A stretch of 64,000 nt of DNA from Trypanosoma brucei (lineage: Eukaryota). Every line of letters starts with the position of its first letter. Position 1 is the first letter of the stretch. The translations under genes and the position numbers were made by a program. This document shows positions 63,020 through 64,000 of this stretch, piece after piece. Location of the stretch: NCBI GenBank assembly GCA_000002445.1, contig CP000066.1, positions 1,504,001-1,568,000 on the forward strand, written 5' to 3'. A model generated the notes under the pieces. The model made no database searches. It had not been told where the DNA came from and was given only the letters and a program-made list of their open reading frames with translations.

Positions 63020-64000
63020 ATGAGGCGTCGTTTCGTTAGCGGCACATGGACAATTGCTGTTAGTACCCAGCAGCGTCACCGCAGTGGGAGCGGGCCAGGA
63101 GACAAGCGCATTCGCACAGACTGGTATCGGTGTTACCCGTCTCTTATGCGTGAAAAGGATCGAGACATGTATCATTGCTACTATCCGTATCTTTTTGATC
63201 ACGGGGACAAAATGAGTTTGTACCCCAAAATACCTGAAAACCCGCGTGAGTGGCAACCAGAGCAGCTGCAGACAACGTATGATGCAATTAGGGAGGACAA
63301 ATATGATGCATTTATTCGTCTTCGAGAGAAGTTCCCTGAATTGTATCAGGACACACGAGCATGGGACAACCCTCCACCGTTTGGTGAGTTTAACATGTTC
63401 TACTCTGTGCGTTTTGGTATGGTTGGCGTGAAGGCCTTCACATGCAAAGACTATGATGAGTTAGGGAATCAATTTGACTGTACTGCTTTCTGGTTTCCTG
63501 ATAATCAAGTCGTGAAGCACAGTACTCGCAATGGAGAGGTTGGCACTGACAAAGTTTATGTGGGTGCAATGAATGTCCCTGTGGAGTTCCATAAACCGCA
63601 TGTGGCTGCCTTCTATAAGGCAGCAGGTGTACCGGTAAAACATGTATGCGCTGGTTTCCCCATAACCCCAGACGCCTACGCTCCCGTCGGGACGAAGTTG
63701 GATGTCCGGCATTTTAAACCTGGACAGGAGGTAACCATTACATTTCAAAACACTGACTATGGCTTCCGTGGTGTTATGTTCCGTCATGGTTTTGACGGAG
63801 GTTATGTGTGGCTTGGAGACTCCAGATGGCAGCGTCGCCCCGGAGCCATGGGTACGGAAGGGCAGAAGCGCATTTACCCCGGACACCGCATGGCAGGGCA
63901 AACTGGTGCAGCTGCTGAAACTTACCAGGGTGTTCCTGTATGGCGCATCGATTACAAAAACTCTCTTATTTATCTGCCAACGTTACTGGATGCAGATGTT
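63020..64000 (+). CDS. uL3m: Mitochondrial ribosomal protein uL3 (L3 family), 3' end truncated by window
   Basis: ATG at 63020. The ORF is open to the window end (327 codons, in frame at 64000). uL3 signature block: FKPGQEVTITFQNTDYGFRGVMFRHGFDGG...HR.PGAMG...YPGHRMAGQTG. The long N-terminal extension is typical of mitoribosomal L3. Confidence 0.75.
   Translation, partial: MRRRFVSGTWTIAVSTQQRHRSGSGPGDKRIRTDWYRCYPSLMREKDRDMYHCYYPYLFDHGDKMSLYPKIPENPREWQPEQLQTTYDAIREDKYDAFIRLREKFPELYQDTRAWDNPPPFGEFNMFYSVRFGMVGVKAFTCKDYDELGNQFDCTAFWFPDNQVVKHSTRNGEVGTDKVYVGAMNVPVEFHKPHVAAFYKAAGVPVKHVCAGFPITPDAYAPVGTKLDVRHFKPGQEVTITFQNTDYGFRGVMFRHGFDGGYVWLGDSRWQRRPGAMGTEGQKRIYPGHRMAGQTGAAAETYQGVPVWRIDYKNSLIYLPTLLDADV

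Overview
This window reads as a trypanosomatid (Trypanosoma-like) nuclear chromosome segment, not a prokaryotic locus. All ~25 credible protein-coding genes sit on the + strand at 1.5-7 kb spacing, with no strand switch, no introns evident, and no tRNA, rRNA or CRISPR. That is the arrangement expected for one polycistronic transcription unit. Intergenic regions are pyrimidine-rich on the coding strand (putative trans-splicing/polyadenylation signals) and dense in microsatellites, namely (TA)n, (GT)n, (CA)n(CT)n, (GTT)n and G-runs. The supplied ORF track uses GTG/TTG as starts, so I moved eight starts to the first in-frame ATG and one (RING-H2, 4267) to a later ATG past the translated polypyrimidine tract; the others already begin at ATG. 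Products recognised from the translated sequence (from memory of family signatures, no searches possible) are listed in the features. Three of them are flagellar/IFT genes (IFT70, a dynein intermediate chain, IFT27), and the dynein intermediate chain and IFT27 are immediate neighbours in this window. The most unusual object is a 2463-aa ORF (43572-50963). Its N-terminus is about 48 near-perfect tandem 24-bp repeats encoding the octapeptide EEEARLRA (with an EEESRLRA variant). Its long C-terminal body shows weak similarity to a DOCK-type Rho-GEF (C2/DHR-1-like plus DHR-2-like segments). Other points for a second look are an unannotated 110-aa Roadblock/LC7-like ORF between IFT27 and the syntaxin, a polypyrimidine/polypurine/polypyrimidine composition switch with an 11-G run (G-quadruplex potential) after IFT70, a 42-nt imperfect palindrome, and a 2.3-kb ORF-less low-complexity spacer with a weak C/D-box snoRNA-like element. 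Several large ORFs have no recognisable domain.
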